Notes: generated by a model not told the origin, from the sequence alone. A stretch of DNA of 47,435 nucleotides from an uncultured Streptomyces sp. (GCA_965650905.1 CBFGQM010000001.1:1-47435), one strand, 5' to 3'. Counted from the first letter of the stretch, positions 1 through 9,911 are shown. Program-made: numbers and translations.

Positions 1-104
1 CGCTGCCGCCGGCGCGCTCGGCGGGGAAGATCCTCAAAGGCGAGGTGTCCGAGACGGTTCCCGAGTTGGTCAGACTCTTGCACGAGGAGGCGAAGGTAAT
101 CTGA
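1..104 (+). CDS. 3' end of an electron transfer flavoprotein beta subunit (partial; probably foreign or chimeric sequence)
   Basis: Frame from nt 3 reads LPPARSAGKILKGEVSETVPELVRLLHEEAKVI*, with TGA at 102-104. PP.R.AG...L.EEAKVI is the typical EtfB/FixA C-terminus. Confidence 0.7.
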   Translation, partial: LPPARSAGKILKGEVSETVPELVRLLHEEAKVI

Positions 105-1255
105 GCGGCCTCGTCGGCTGCGGCACCGAGTCCAAGCCGCGGACGAAGGAGACTCTCGGCGCGGTCGAGCCCGCCGAGCCCGCCGAACCCATCCGGCCGG
201 CCGAGCCATCCGAGCCAGAGATCCAGGGCCTGCCCGGCATGCCGCCCGTCCTCGACAGAACCGACGTCTACGCCGCCAACCGCCCCGACAAGCTCTCCCC
301 GGTGGTCAAGGACTTCCCGTCCCGCGTCTACGTCCCCAACACCGATTCCAACACGGTGTCCGTCATCGATCCCAAGACGTACAAGGTCATCGAGACGATC
401 CCGGTCGGTGTCCAACCCCAGCACGTCGTCCCGTCCTGGGATCTGAAGACGCTCTGGGTCAACAACAACCGGGGCCACACCCTGACCCCGATCAGCCCGA
501 AGACCGGCAAGGCGGGCAAGCCGACCGAGGTCCACGACCCGTACAACCTCTACTTCACGCCGAACGGCAAGTACGCCGTCGTCATGGCCTCCCTCGACAG
601 GGAGCTGGTCTTTCGCGATCCGCACACCATGAAGCGCCTCAGGACGGAACCGGTCAGCTGCTTCGGCGTCAACCACGCCGACTTCTCCCTCGACGGCCGG
701 TACTTCATCGTCTCCTGTGAGTTCAGCAGCGAGCTTCTCAAGGTCGACACGGAGAAGATGAAGGTCGTCGGCCAACAGAAGCTGCCCTTCGACGGGGCCA
801 TGCCGCAGGACGTGAAGATCTCGCCGGACGGCAAGAAGTTCTACATCGCCGACATGATCGCCCACGGCATGTGGGTGCTGGACGGCGACAAGTTCGACAA
901 GCCGAAGCTCCTGCCCACCGGCAAGGGCTGCCACGGCTTGTACATCAGCCGCGATTCTCGCGAGATGTACATCTCCAACCGCGGCGAGGGCACCATCTCC
1001 GTTTTCGACTTCACCCAGAACAAGCTGACCAAGAAGTGGCGTCTGCCGGACGGCGGCAGCCCGGACATGGGAGGCGTCTCCGCCGACGGCAAGGTCCTCT
1101 GGCTCTCCGGCCGTTACGACTCCGAGGTGTACGCCATCGACACCCGCACCGGCGTCCAGCTCGCCCGCATCCCGGTCGGCAGTGGTCCGCACGGCCTCGC
1201 GGTGTACCCGCAGCCGGGCCGCTACTCGCTCGGACACACGGGTATCTTCCGCTGA
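101..1255 (+). CDS. YncE/YVTN beta-propeller lipoprotein, 5'-truncated (ORF track start 239)
   Basis: YVTN-like repeats (VYVPNTDSNTVSVID, IPVGSGPHG). The frame upstream of 239 contains a lipobox LVGC (110-121) and an EPA-rich linker but no start codon or hydrophobic h-region. Confidence 0.8.
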   Translation: MSGLVGCGTESKPRTKETLGAVEPAEPAEPIRPAEPSEPEIQGLPGMPPVLDRTDVYAANRPDKLSPVVKDFPSRVYVPNTDSNTVSVIDPKTYKVIETIPVGVQPQHVVPSWDLKTLWVNNNRGHTLTPISPKTGKAGKPTEVHDPYNLYFTPNGKYAVVMASLDRELVFRDPHTMKRLRTEPVSCFGVNHADFSLDGRYFIVSCEFSSELLKVDTEKMKVVGQQKLPFDGAMPQDVKISPDGKKFYIADMIAHGMWVLDGDKFDKPKLLPTGKGCHGLYISRDSREMYISNRGEGTISVFDFTQNKLTKKWRLPDGGSPDMGGVSADGKVLWLSGRYDSEVYAIDTRTGVQLARIPVGSGPHGLAVYPQPGRYSLGHTGIFR

Positions 1256-1314
1256 CGCAGCGGCGTCGACGGGAGGTGACGGGCAGTCGGCGACAGCTGA
1301 CCGCGCGCCGCGCC

Positions 1315-1410
1315 TCAGGGCGCGACGAGCAGTGCCCCCGCCCCGATCCGACGGTAGCCGGCCGCCTGGAAAGCCCGCACGCTGCGGGCGTTGCCCGCCG
1401 CCTGCTGTGC
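1315..1410 (-). pseudogene. C-terminal remnant of a GNAT-like protein
   Basis: AQQAAGNARSVRAFQAAGYRRIGAGALLVAP* resembles GNAT motif B (N..S.R.F...G[FY]); the rest of the gene is absent. Confidence 0.55.
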
Positions 1411-1471
1411 CAACAACTCGTCCGATTCGAGTGGGTGGCCGCCGCGCTGGCTGCTCAGCCGGGCGGTTAAT

Positions 1472-1485
1472 CTGACTTCCGTCAG
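1472..1485. promoter_or_regulatory. Palindrome CTGAC-N4-GTCAG, candidate repressor operator
   Basis: Perfect 5-bp inverted repeat in the AT-richer promoter region about 40 nt upstream of the EF-hand gene. Confidence 0.35.
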
Positions 1486-1525
1486 TAAGGCTTTGGTTTT
1501 GATACAGCACGAAGGGGCGGACCCG

Positions 1526-1738
1526 GTGGCGGACATCGAGGAAGCACGCAAGGCGTTCGAGCGGATCGACGTGGACGGTGACGGGTTCATCACCGCCGCC
1601 GAGTTCAAGACCGCCCTGGCCCAGGGCGGCGACTGGAACGTCACCGAAGCCGTGGCGGAGGCCGTGATCGCCGCCCAGGACACCAACCACGACAAGCTCC
1701 TCTCCTTCGACGAGTTCTGGGGCCACCTGGACAAGTGA
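1526..1738 (+). CDS. cabB: Calmodulin-like EF-hand calcium-binding protein (70 aa)
   Basis: GTG start after GAAGGGG; two EF-hand loops DVDGDGFITAAE and DTNHDKLLSFDE; size and position match S. coelicolor CabB as recalled. Confidence 0.85.
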   Translation: MADIEEARKAFERIDVDGDGFITAAEFKTALAQGGDWNVTEAVAEAVIAAQDTNHDKLLSFDEFWGHLDK

Positions 1739-1754
1739 GCAGAGCGCGCCGAGC

Positions 1755-1799
1755 ACGAGGAGGGCGCTTTCGGGGATTGCGCGGGGACGCCCTCCTCGT
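1755..1799. terminator. Inverted repeat / probable terminator between convergent genes
   Basis: acgaggagggcg ... cgccctcctcgt, 12-bp stem. Confidence 0.55.
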
Positions 1800-2041
1800 C
1801 ATGCGGCGCAGGACAGCGGCGAGCATGTCGATGCCGATCCCATGGCCGGGGTCGGCCCGGTTCCCGCTCGGGCGCCGGGCCGTGGCGCCGGGGACGCGGA
1901 GGCTGCGGTTGGCGGGGGCGGTTCCGGTTCTGCAGACCGAGCTCGGAGGAGAAGGCGGCTTAGCTGCGAATCCGTTGACAGGGCTCGGGGCGCCCGCACC
2001 GCGGCCGGCGCCGGGACGGGCCGCAGTGGGGGCCCGCGACC

Positions 2042-4909
2042 TCATGCAAGCGATTCGATGGTCTCCCAACCGAAAGCCTGGCCGGGCAGCGCCGGGTCGC
2101 CCGCGTCGGGCAGCGGCTGCTCGGTCCAGATGCACTTGCCGGTCGCCGTGTAGCGCGTACCCCAGCGTTGGGAGAGCGCGGCGACGAGCTGCAGTCCCCG
2201 CCCGCCCTCGTCCGATTCCGAGGCGCGGCGCATTCGGGGCGTGGTCAGGCTGCCGTCGGAAACTTCGCAGATCAGAGCATGGGTGAACAGCAGCCGCAGC
2301 CGCATCGGGCCCTTGGCGTGCCGTACGACATTGCCGACCAGTTCGCTGGCCAGCAGTTCCGTGGTCATCGTCAGGTCGTCCAGATTCCAGGCGGAGAGCT
2401 GCTCCCTGACATGTTTCCGGGCCTCGCCCGCCGCCTGCGGTTCCTCGGGAAGCGGCCAGGAGGCCACGCTGTCGGGCGCAAGAGCGCGCAGACGGGCGAC
2501 CAGGAAGGCGGCGTCGTCGGCGTTTTGCTGCTCCGCGGGGAGCAGGCCCGCGGTAAGTGTGTCGCAGAGCCGCTCCATGTCCAGTTCATGGCCGGCGCCA
2601 CGGGCGGCGCGCAGCAGCCGGGCGAGCTGTGCCATGCCGTCGTCGATGTCCCGGCTGGCCGACTCGACCAGGCCGTCCGTGAACAGGACCAGGAGGCTCC
2701 CGTCTGGAACCACCACGGTGACCAGCTCGAACGGCGGTTCGGCCGCGCCCAGCGGCGGGTCCGGTGCCGATCCCGGGAAGTGCACGTTGCCGTCGGGGTG
2801 AAGCACGGCCGGCGGCGGATGTCCCGCGCGGGCGAAGGAGCAGAGCGAGGTGGCGGGGTCGTAGAGCGCGTACAGGCATGTGGCGTACGAGCCTTCACCC
2901 AGCACGCCGACGATGTCATTGAGGTGGGCCAGGATCTCGTTGGGGGGCAGTTCGAGATCGGCGAGCGTATGGACGGCAGTGCGCAGCCGCCCCATGGTGG
3001 CCGCTTCGGACAGGCCGTGGCCCATCACGTCGCCTATGACGAGCGCGACCTGTCCGGCGGAGACCGGGATGATGTCGTACCAGTCGCCACCCACGTCCAT
3101 GCCCTGCCCAGCCGGAAGGTAGCGGGCTGCTGCCGTGCACGCGGGCAGTGAGGGCAGTTCGCGTGGTAGCAGGCCTCGCTGCAGCTCTTGGGCCCGGGTG
3201 TGCTCGGCGTCGTAGAGCCGGGCCCGTTCCAGGGCTTGGGAGACGAGTCCGCTGACGGCGTCCAGCAGGGTGCGTTCCTCGCTGGTGAGCAGGCGCGCTT
3301 CGTCGAAACTGATCACGCAGGCACCGAACGGGCGCCCGGATGCTGTCAGTGGCAGGAAGGCCCACGATTTCTTGCGGGACTCGGCGGGCCTGTCGGCCAG
3401 TTCGGGGTAGCGTGCCACGTACTCCCGCGGGGACGAGATGAAAAGCGGCGCGCCGGAAAGCAGCGTATCCGTGAACGGCGACTGTACCGAGGCCGGGAGG
3501 TGCTCGAGTTGGTCAAGGAATGACGGGGCGTAACCGACGGCTCCGACCGTGTGCGCGCGGTCGCCCTCGATGGTCAGCACGACCAACCCGGTGGCGCCGA
3601 ACGGCGGCAGCACCCGCCGGGCGACCGCGTCCACCACGTCCTGTGAGGTAGCTGCCTTGGCGAGTGCCCCGGTCAGCTCCGCGATACGGGCGGCCCGCTC
3701 GGCGTCGGCCCGCTCGGCGGCCTGACGTTCGGCCTCGTGCTGCCGCTTCTCGGTCACATCGGTGAAATAGCAGGTGGTCCCGTCGGGCACCGGGACGACC
3801 CGCAGGTGGTAGCAGCGACCGGTGTCGCGGGTCCAGACGTCGAAACCAGCCGGCGCGGACTCCATCGAGGCCTTTCGGCACCAGTCCTCCATGTCGGGCA
3901 TGTGCCGCAGGGCGGGCAGCTCCCACAGGATCCGTCCGATCAGTTCTTGTTCGGGGGAGCCGAGAATGCGCTCCGCCTCCAGGTTGACGAAGACGATCCG
4001 CCAGTCGTCGTCGAGCGAGAGGAAGCCGTCGCTCATATGATGCACAGCGCGGCTGACCGCGTCCCGGGTGGAACGGTAGTCAGTGGTGTCCCACCACAGC
4101 CCGACCATCCGAACGGGCTCGCCCTCGTCATCGAGCACACACTTGCCGCGGGCGTGCGTCCATCCGCTGGTACCGTCCGGACGCCGAATCCGGTACTCGG
4201 CGTCGTACACGCCCCGCTCACGGATCGCTCTCCGTGCCGCGTCCAGCGTCCAGGGCAGGTCATCGGGATGGACGATCTGCAACCAGCTCTCGATCCGGGG
4301 CACGAAGTCGGCCGGTTCGGTGCCGGAAAGGGCCATGGACGCCTCGTCGTAGGTCAGCTCGCCGGTGAGGAGGTTCCAGTCCCAGGAGCCGATTTCGAGC
4401 TCCCGAAAGGCCTGCCGCAGGCGACTGACACCCCGACCTTCCTCGGGCGGCGGGGCCGGCGGCGGCGCCTGGCTCATCCGCTCCTCGGCCCAGGCCGCCA
4501 CAGCCCGCAGAAAGTCCCACTGCTCCCCGGTCGGCTCGCCCAGGGAGCCTGTCAGAACACTGAGTGCGCCGATCGCGCGGTCTCCACCGAACATCGGCAC
4601 AGCCGCTACGCCGGTACCGGGCAACGGATCCCCCGCGGACTCCGCGGCCACCCATAGCCCAGAGCCCTGCTGTACAGCTCGGGCCGGGGCCGTCGTTCCT
4701 TCCGCGTCAAGCATTTCCCAGGACCGGGTGAGCGCCCGTGGCAGCCCGGCCGCCGACGCAAGCCTCAGCGCGGAAACCGGAACTCGCAGATGCACCATTC
4801 CGCCCAGACCGCCCAGCTCGGCCACCGCGTGATGAAGGCAAAGTCGCAGCATCTCACTCTGCGTGACGTCTTGGTCCACAGCGGTGAGCAGGGTGAGCCG
4901 CTCGTTCAT
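2042..4909 (-). CDS. GAF-PAS-PAS-GAF-SpoIIE(PP2C)-HATPase_c sensor phosphatase
   Basis: VHPDD PAS_3 motif, VGGDWYD, IGDVMGHG, LFTDGLVE, ELVGNVVRHA and GGRGL motifs. Candidate leaderless promoter CTGTCA-N17-TAAAGT-N6-ATG. Confidence 0.92.
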   Translation of the reverse strand: MNERLTLLTAVDQDVTQSEMLRLCLHHAVAELGGLGGMVHLRVPVSALRLASAAGLPRALTRSWEMLDAEGTTAPARAVQQGSGLWVAAESAGDPLPGTGVAAVPMFGGDRAIGALSVLTGSLGEPTGEQWDFLRAVAAWAEERMSQAPPPAPPPEEGRGVSRLRQAFRELEIGSWDWNLLTGELTYDEASMALSGTEPADFVPRIESWLQIVHPDDLPWTLDAARRAIRERGVYDAEYRIRRPDGTSGWTHARGKCVLDDEGEPVRMVGLWWDTTDYRSTRDAVSRAVHHMSDGFLSLDDDWRIVFVNLEAERILGSPEQELIGRILWELPALRHMPDMEDWCRKASMESAPAGFDVWTRDTGRCYHLRVVPVPDGTTCYFTDVTEKRQHEAERQAAERADAERAARIAELTGALAKAATSQDVVDAVARRVLPPFGATGLVVLTIEGDRAHTVGAVGYAPSFLDQLEHLPASVQSPFTDTLLSGAPLFISSPREYVARYPELADRPAESRKKSWAFLPLTASGRPFGACVISFDEARLLTSEERTLLDAVSGLVSQALERARLYDAEHTRAQELQRGLLPRELPSLPACTAAARYLPAGQGMDVGGDWYDIIPVSAGQVALVIGDVMGHGLSEAATMGRLRTAVHTLADLELPPNEILAHLNDIVGVLGEGSYATCLYALYDPATSLCSFARAGHPPPAVLHPDGNVHFPGSAPDPPLGAAEPPFELVTVVVPDGSLLVLFTDGLVESASRDIDDGMAQLARLLRAARGAGHELDMERLCDTLTAGLLPAEQQNADDAAFLVARLRALAPDSVASWPLPEEPQAAGEARKHVREQLSAWNLDDLTMTTELLASELVGNVVRHAKGPMRLRLLFTHALICEVSDGSLTTPRMRRASESDEGGRGLQLVAALSQRWGTRYTATGKCIWTEQPLPDAGDPALPGQAFGWETIESLA
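4853..4867. promoter_or_regulatory. Perfect BldD-box match
   Basis: cTCACtCTGcGTGAc matches nTCACnC(A/T)GnGTGAn; it lies 42-56 nt inside the PP2C gene start. Confidence 0.55.
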
Positions 4910-5051
4910 GAGAACACTTTAGCCTCGCCGTTCAGAACTGACAGCGCCAAAAGTCCCTCACCGATGACGCGGGGTCACCCGATCGCGGCGTGGTCAGGGG
5001 AGGCCCCGACAGCGCTGAGAATCACGAACGCGCAGGTCAGATCCCACCTTC

Positions 5052-6434
5052 TCAACACTCGATGATGTTCACCGCCAGCCCGCCTCGAGCCGTCTCCTTG
5101 TATTTGACGGACATGTCGGCGCCCGTGTCCTTCATGGTCTTGATGACCTTGTCGAGGGACACCTTGTGGGAGCCGTCGCCGCGCATGGCCATGCGGGCCG
5201 CCGTGACGGCCTTCACGGCGGCCATACCGTTGCGTTCGATGCACGGGATCTGGACGAGGCCGCCGACGGGGTCGCACGTCAGGCCGAGGTTGTGCTCCAT
5301 GCCGATCTCAGCCGCGTTCTCGACCTGTTCGGGGGAGCCGCCCAGGACCTCGGCGAGCGCGCCCGCCGCCATGGAGCAGGCCGAGCCGACCTCGCCCTGG
5401 CAGCCGACCTCGGCGCCGGAGATGGACGCGTTCTCCTTGAAGAGCATGCCGATCGCGCCCGCGGTCAGCAGGAAGCGGACCACGTTGTTCTCCTTCTCAC
5501 TTTCGGAGGCTGCACCCGCCGCGAAGTTGAAGTAGTAGTGCAGGACGGCCGGGATGATGCCGGCCGCGCCGTTCGTGGGGGCGGTCACCACCCGCCCGCC
5601 CGCCGCGTTCTCCTCGTTCACGGCCATCGCGTAGAGCGTGATCCACTCCATCGCGTGGGCCAAGGGGTCGCCCCCGGCGCGCAGTTGGCGGGCGGATACC
5701 GCCGCCCTCCGCCGCACTCTCAGGCCGCCGGGCAGCAGGCCCTCGCGGGACATGCCGCGCGAGACGCAGGCCTGCATCACGCGCCAGATCCGCAGCAGGC
5801 CCTCGCGGACCTCGTCCTCGGTACGCCAGGCCCGCTCGTTCTCCAGCATGAGCGCGGAGATGGACAGGCCCGTCTCCCGCGTCAGGCGCAGCAACTCGTC
5901 ACCCGTACGGAACGGGTACTTCAGCACCGTGTCGTCGAGCTTGATCCGGTCTGCGCCAAGGGCCTCCTCGTCCACGACGAAGCCCCCGCCCACGGAGTAG
6001 TACGTCTTCGAGAGGAGTTCCGTTCCCTCGGTGTCGTACGCCCAGAGGGTCATCCCGTTCGCGTGGTACGGCAGCGCCTTGCGGCGGTGGAGGATCAGGT
6101 CGTCGTCGAAGGAGAAGGGGATCTCGTGTTCCCCGAGCAGTCTGAGGACCTTCTCCGAGCGGATCGCGTCCACCCGCTCGTCCGCCTTCTCCACGTCCAC
6201 CGTCCGCGCGGACTCGCCCTCCAGTCCGAGCAACACCGCCTTCGGTGTTCCGTGGCCGTGCCCGGTCGCGCCGAGCGATCCGTACAACTCGGCGCGTACC
6301 GATGCCGTCGGGGCCAGCAGGCCGTCGTTCCTCAGGCGTCGGGCGAACATCCGTGCCGCGCGCATCGGGCCCACCGTGTGGGAGCTGGACGGGCCGATGC
6401 CGATCGAGAAAAGGTCGAAGACCGAGATGGCCAC
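5052..6434 (-). CDS. sdaA: L-serine ammonia-lyase (Fe-S dependent)
   Basis: [23 protein letters not shown] and [18 protein letters not shown] motifs. Confidence 0.97.
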   Translation of the reverse strand: MAISVFDLFSIGIGPSSSHTVGPMRAARMFARRLRNDGLLAPTASVRAELYGSLGATGHGHGTPKAVLLGLEGESARTVDVEKADERVDAIRSEKVLRLLGEHEIPFSFDDDLILHRRKALPYHANGMTLWAYDTEGTELLSKTYYSVGGGFVVDEEALGADRIKLDDTVLKYPFRTGDELLRLTRETGLSISALMLENERAWRTEDEVREGLLRIWRVMQACVSRGMSREGLLPGGLRVRRRAAVSARQLRAGGDPLAHAMEWITLYAMAVNEENAAGGRVVTAPTNGAAGIIPAVLHYYFNFAAGAASESEKENNVVRFLLTAGAIGMLFKENASISGAEVGCQGEVGSACSMAAGALAEVLGGSPEQVENAAEIGMEHNLGLTCDPVGGLVQIPCIERNGMAAVKAVTAARMAMRGDGSHKVSLDKVIKTMKDTGADMSVKYKETARGGLAVNIIEC

Positions 6435-6474
6435 GGTGACTCCTCACAACGGGATGGAACACAGGGCGGGTTTT

Positions 6475-6505
6475 CACCGCGCACACACGTTCGGTGTGCG
6501 CGGTG
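6475..6505. terminator. Stem-loop between glyA and sdaA
   Basis: caccgcgcacac-N7-gtgtgcgcggtg, perfect 12-bp stem. Confidence 0.55.
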
Positions 6506-6540
6506 CCCGATGGAAAAGGAAGCACCTTCCGCACGAACCG

Positions 6541-6603
6541 CTTCAGGCCCGCGAACTGCTTCAGGCCCGCGGACCGCTTCAGGCCCGCGGACTACTTCAG
6601 GCC
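6541..6603. repeat. 18-nt tandem repeat (3.5 copies) overlapping the glyA stop codon
   Basis: cttcaggcccgcgaactg / cttcaggcccgcggaccg / cttcaggcccgcggacta / cttcaggcc. Confidence 0.9.
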
Positions 6604-7869
6604 GGGGTACAGCGGGTGCCTGTCGGCCAGCGCGGACACCCGGGCCTTCAGGGACTGCGCGTCGGCGGCACCGAAGGGAGAGGGTGCCTTCAGCGCCTCC
6701 GCGATGATCTCCGCGACCTCGGCGAAGTCCTCGGCCCGGAAGCCCCGGGTCGCCAGGGCCGGGGTACCGATGCGCAGGCCGGAGGTGACCATCGGCGGGC
6801 GCGGGTCGTTCGGGATGGCGTTGCGGTTGACCGTGATGCCGACCTCGTGGAGGCGGTCCTCGGCCTGCTGCCCGTCGAGCTCGGAGTTGCGCAGGTCGAC
6901 CAGGACCAGATGGACGTCCGTACCGCCGGACAGGACATCGACGCCCACGGCCCTGACGTCGCCTTGGACCAGGCGCTCGGCCAGGATCCGCGCGCCCTCC
7001 AGCGTCCGCCGCTGGCGCTCCTTGAAGTCCTCCGAGGCCGCGACCTTGAACGAGACGGCCTTGGCCGCGATCACGTGCTCCAGCGGGCCGCCCTGCTGAC
7101 CCGGGAAGACCGCTGTGTTGATCTTCTTCGCCAGTTCCGCCGTGGACAGGATCACGCCACCGCGCGGGCCGCCCAGCGTTTTGTGCGTCGTGGTCGTGAC
7201 CACGTGCGCGTGCGGGACGGGGTTCGGATGCAGGCCCGCCGCCACCAGGCCCGCGAAGTGCGCCATGTCCACCATCAGATAGGCGCCGACCTCGTCGGCG
7301 ATCCGGCGGAAGGCGGCGAAGTCCAGCCGGCGCGGGTACGCCGACCAGCCGGCCACGATCAGCTTCGGCTTGGACTCCTTGGCCAGGCGCTCGACCTCGG
7401 CCATGTCGACCTGACCGGTGGTGTCGTCCACGTGGTACGCGACGACGTCGTAGAGCTTGCCGGAGAAGTTGATCTTCATGCCGTGGGTCAGGTGCCCGCC
7501 GTGCGCGAGGTTCAGGCCCATGATCGTGTCGCCGGGCTTGAGCAGCGCGAACATCGCGGCGGCGTTGGCCTGGGCGCCCGAGTGCGGTTGTACGTTGGCG
7601 TGTTCGGCGCCGAAAAGCTCCTTGACGCGGTCGATGGCGATCTGCTCGACCACGTCGACATGCTCGCAGCCGCCGTAGTAGCGGCGGCCCGGGTAGCCCT
7701 CGGCGTACTTGTTGGTGAGCACCGAGCCCTGGGCCTCCATGACCGCGACCGGAGCGAAGTTCTCCGAGGCGATCATCTCCAGGGTGGACTGCTGGCGGTT
7801 CAGCTCGGCGTCGACGGCGGCGGCGACGTCCGGGTCGAGTTCATGAAGGGGCGTGTTCAGAAGCGACAT
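6592..7869 (-). CDS. glyA: Serine hydroxymethyltransferase
   Basis: [24 protein letters not shown] and the PLP-lysine motif TTTTHKTL. Confidence 0.98.
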   Translation of the reverse strand: MSLLNTPLHELDPDVAAAVDAELNRQQSTLEMIASENFAPVAVMEAQGSVLTNKYAEGYPGRRYYGGCEHVDVVEQIAIDRVKELFGAEHANVQPHSGAQANAAAMFALLKPGDTIMGLNLAHGGHLTHGMKINFSGKLYDVVAYHVDDTTGQVDMAEVERLAKESKPKLIVAGWSAYPRRLDFAAFRRIADEVGAYLMVDMAHFAGLVAAGLHPNPVPHAHVVTTTTHKTLGGPRGGVILSTAELAKKINTAVFPGQQGGPLEHVIAAKAVSFKVAASEDFKERQRRTLEGARILAERLVQGDVRAVGVDVLSGGTDVHLVLVDLRNSELDGQQAEDRLHEVGITVNRNAIPNDPRPPMVTSGLRIGTPALATRGFRAEDFAEVAEIIAEALKAPSPFGAADAQSLKARVSALADRHPLYPGLK

Positions 7870-7882
7870 CAGTCAGGAGTCC

Positions 7883-8266
7883 TTAAGAGCCGGAACCGGA
7901 GAATTCGGTGTACTCGTCCGCGGAGAGCAAATCCTTCGGCTCCCCCGTGACGCGTACCTTGAACAGCCAGCCGCCTTCGAAGGGGGCGGTGTTCACCAGC
8001 GAGGGGTCGTCCACGACGTCCTGGTTGATCTCGGTGATCTCACCGGACACCGGCGAGTACAGATCGCTCACCGACTTCGTCGACTCCAGCTCGCCGCAGG
8101 TCTCGCCCTCGCTCACCGTGTCGCCGACCTCGGGGAGTTGGGCGTAGACGACGTCGCCGAGCGCGTTGGCCGCGAACCCGGTGATGCCGACCGTCGAGAC
8201 GCCGTCCTCGGCGGCCGACAGCCACTCGTGCTCCTTGCTGTAGCGCAGCTGCTGGGGATTGCTCAT
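7883..8266 (-). CDS. gcvH: Glycine cleavage system H protein
   Basis: YSKEHEW and lipoyl motif [15 protein letters not shown]; ATG at 8266 after GGAG. Confidence 0.96.
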   Translation of the reverse strand: MSNPQQLRYSKEHEWLSAAEDGVSTVGITGFAANALGDVVYAQLPEVGDTVSEGETCGELESTKSVSDLYSPVSGEITEINQDVVDDPSLVNTAPFEGGWLFKVRVTGEPKDLLSADEYTEFSGSGS

Positions 8267-8423
8267 GGCCTGAATTCTCCTGTACGCGGGGGAGTGCTGG
8301 TGAATGGGGGCTACTGGAACTGCTGGTGAGCGGGGCAAAGGGCAGGGGTACGGCAAGGAAGACGGAGAAGGGAGCGGACAACGGGGACGGACAAGGGGGA
8401 CGGCAGGAAAGACGTGCCCAGTG

Positions 8424-9596
8424 TCACTTCTGGCGACGGTAGAACGGCAGCGCCACGACCTCGTACGGCTCGTGGCTGCCCCGGATGTCCACGCCGACGC
8501 CGGGTGTGCCGGGCGCGGAGTGCGCGGCGTCGACGTACGCCATCGCGATCGGACTGCCGAGGGTCGGCGAGGGTGCGCCCGAGGTGACCTCGCCGATGAC
8601 CTTGCCGTCGGCGACCACCGGGTATCCGGCGCGCGGGACGCGGCGGCCCTCGGCGATCAGGCCGACGAGGACGCGCGGGGGGTTCTCGTGAGCTCGGGCG
8701 GCGGCCTCGGCGAGCGCCTTCCGCCCCACGAAGTCACCCTCCTTCTCGAACTTCACCACCCGGCCGAGCCCCGCGTCGAACGGCGTCAGCGAGGTGCTCA
8801 GCTCATGCCCGTACAGCGGCATGCCCGCCTCCAGGCGCAGGGTGTCCCGGCAGGAGAGGCCGCACGGGACCAGTCCCGCCGGGGAGCCCGCCTCGGTCAG
8901 CGCCTGCCACAGCTTCCCCGCGTCGGCCGGGGCGACGAACAACTCGAAGCCGTCCTCGCCGGTGTAGCCGGTGCGTGCGATCAGGGCCGGGACGCCCGCG
9001 ACCGTGCCGGGCAGACCCGTGTAGTACTTCAGGCCGTCCAGGTCGGTGACGGGGGCACCTCCCTGCTCGAGCGAGGTCGAGAGCCTGGCGGACAGCGACC
9101 TCAGGATGCCGAGGGACTCGGGTCCCTGGACCGCGAGCAACGCGTACGCGTCGCGGTCGTCGCGCACGGCGGCGTCGAAACCGGCGGCGCGCTCGGTCAG
9201 GGCGTCCAGGACCACCTGGGCGTTCGAGGCGTTGGCGACGACCATGTAGCGACAAGACCCCGCCTCGCCCTCCTCGAGCCGGTACACGATCAGGTCGTCG
9301 AGGATGCCGCCGTCGGCCCGGCAGATCATGGTGTAGCGGGCGCGGCCGACGGCGACCGAGGCGATGTCGCCGACGAGTGCGTAGTTGAGGAGCGCGGCGG
9401 ACTGCGGTCCGCTGACGGTGACCTCGCCCATGTGGGAGAGGTCGAAGAGACCGGCCCCGGTGCGTACGGCGATGTGCTCGTCGCGCTCGGAGCCGTACCG
9501 CAGGGGCATGTCCCAGCCGGCGAAGTCGGTCATCGTGGCGCCGAGCGAGCGATGCAGGGCATCGAGGGCTGTACGGCGTGGAGTGGTGCTGCTCAT
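8424..9596 (-). CDS. gcvT: Glycine cleavage aminomethyltransferase T
   Basis: [30 protein letters not shown] and RDTLRLEAG motifs; start placed at ATG 9596, below the riboswitch. Confidence 0.96.
   Translation of the reverse strand: MSSTTPRRTALDALHRSLGATMTDFAGWDMPLRYGSERDEHIAVRTGAGLFDLSHMGEVTVSGPQSAALLNYALVGDIASVAVGRARYTMICRADGGILDDLIVYRLEEGEAGSCRYMVVANASNAQVVLDALTERAAGFDAAVRDDRDAYALLAVQGPESLGILRSLSARLSTSLEQGGAPVTDLDGLKYYTGLPGTVAGVPALIARTGYTGEDGFELFVAPADAGKLWQALTEAGSPAGLVPCGLSCRDTLRLEAGMPLYGHELSTSLTPFDAGLGRVVKFEKEGDFVGRKALAEAAARAHENPPRVLVGLIAEGRRVPRAGYPVVADGKVIGEVTSGAPSPTLGSPIAMAYVDAAHSAPGTPGVGVDIRGSHEPYEVVALPFYRRQK
9051..9091. repeat. Short palindromic REP-like element inserted in frame in gcvT
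   Basis: gggggcacctccctgctcgagcgaggtcgagagcctggcgg with internal ctcga/tcgag stem; encodes an extra [14 protein letters not shown] segment. Confidence 0.6.
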
Positions 9597-9635
9597 CGGA
9601 CAGGGCTCCCAAGGCATGACGGCGAGGTCGTTCCT

Positions 9636-9845
9636 CCCCATCTGTCATCGGAACCTGAGAGGTTCGCCATGACAGCAGGCAGGCTGTGGTCATGGTTTGC
9701 ACCTTGGGTGGAGCCACTGGACAGCGGCCCGCTTTTCAGATGTGCCTCGCCCGCGCGGTAACGATGCCTGAGAGATTCAAGGGAGGGACTTGCTCCTTCG
9801 GCGCCCGGGTACACGTACACGTACCCGGAACTCTCCCGCGCGGGT
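9636..9845 (-). ncRNA. Tandem glycine riboswitch (two aptamers)
   Basis: Minus strand: GGAGAG...CGCCGAAGGAGCAA...CTCTCAGG (aptamer 1, about 9845-9752) and TCTGAAAAG...CACCCAAGGTGCAA...CTCTCAGG..GACAGA (aptamer 2, about 9745-9636), directly upstream of gcvT. Confidence 0.93.
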
Positions 9846-9911
9846 TCAAGCGGCCGGTATGCAGTTGGCGCGCACATCATCGCACGCCATCGGTGCGGGA
9901 GGGCAGGGGTG

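Noticed and set aside
6541-6603. CRISPR array (also 30155-30193 and 18738-18775)
   Set aside because: Units are 12-18 nt head-to-tail with no unique spacers, and there are no cas genes.
6031-7950. Long antisense and alternate-frame ORFs (e.g. 6031-7950, 11718-14096, 37073-39391, 42900-44897)
   Set aside because: Shadow ORFs caused by high GC3 of the real genes; no recognisable motifs.
5052-9596. Missing gcvP as an incomplete glycine cleavage system
   Set aside because: gcvP is normally located elsewhere on streptomycete chromosomes, so its absence cannot be judged from this window.
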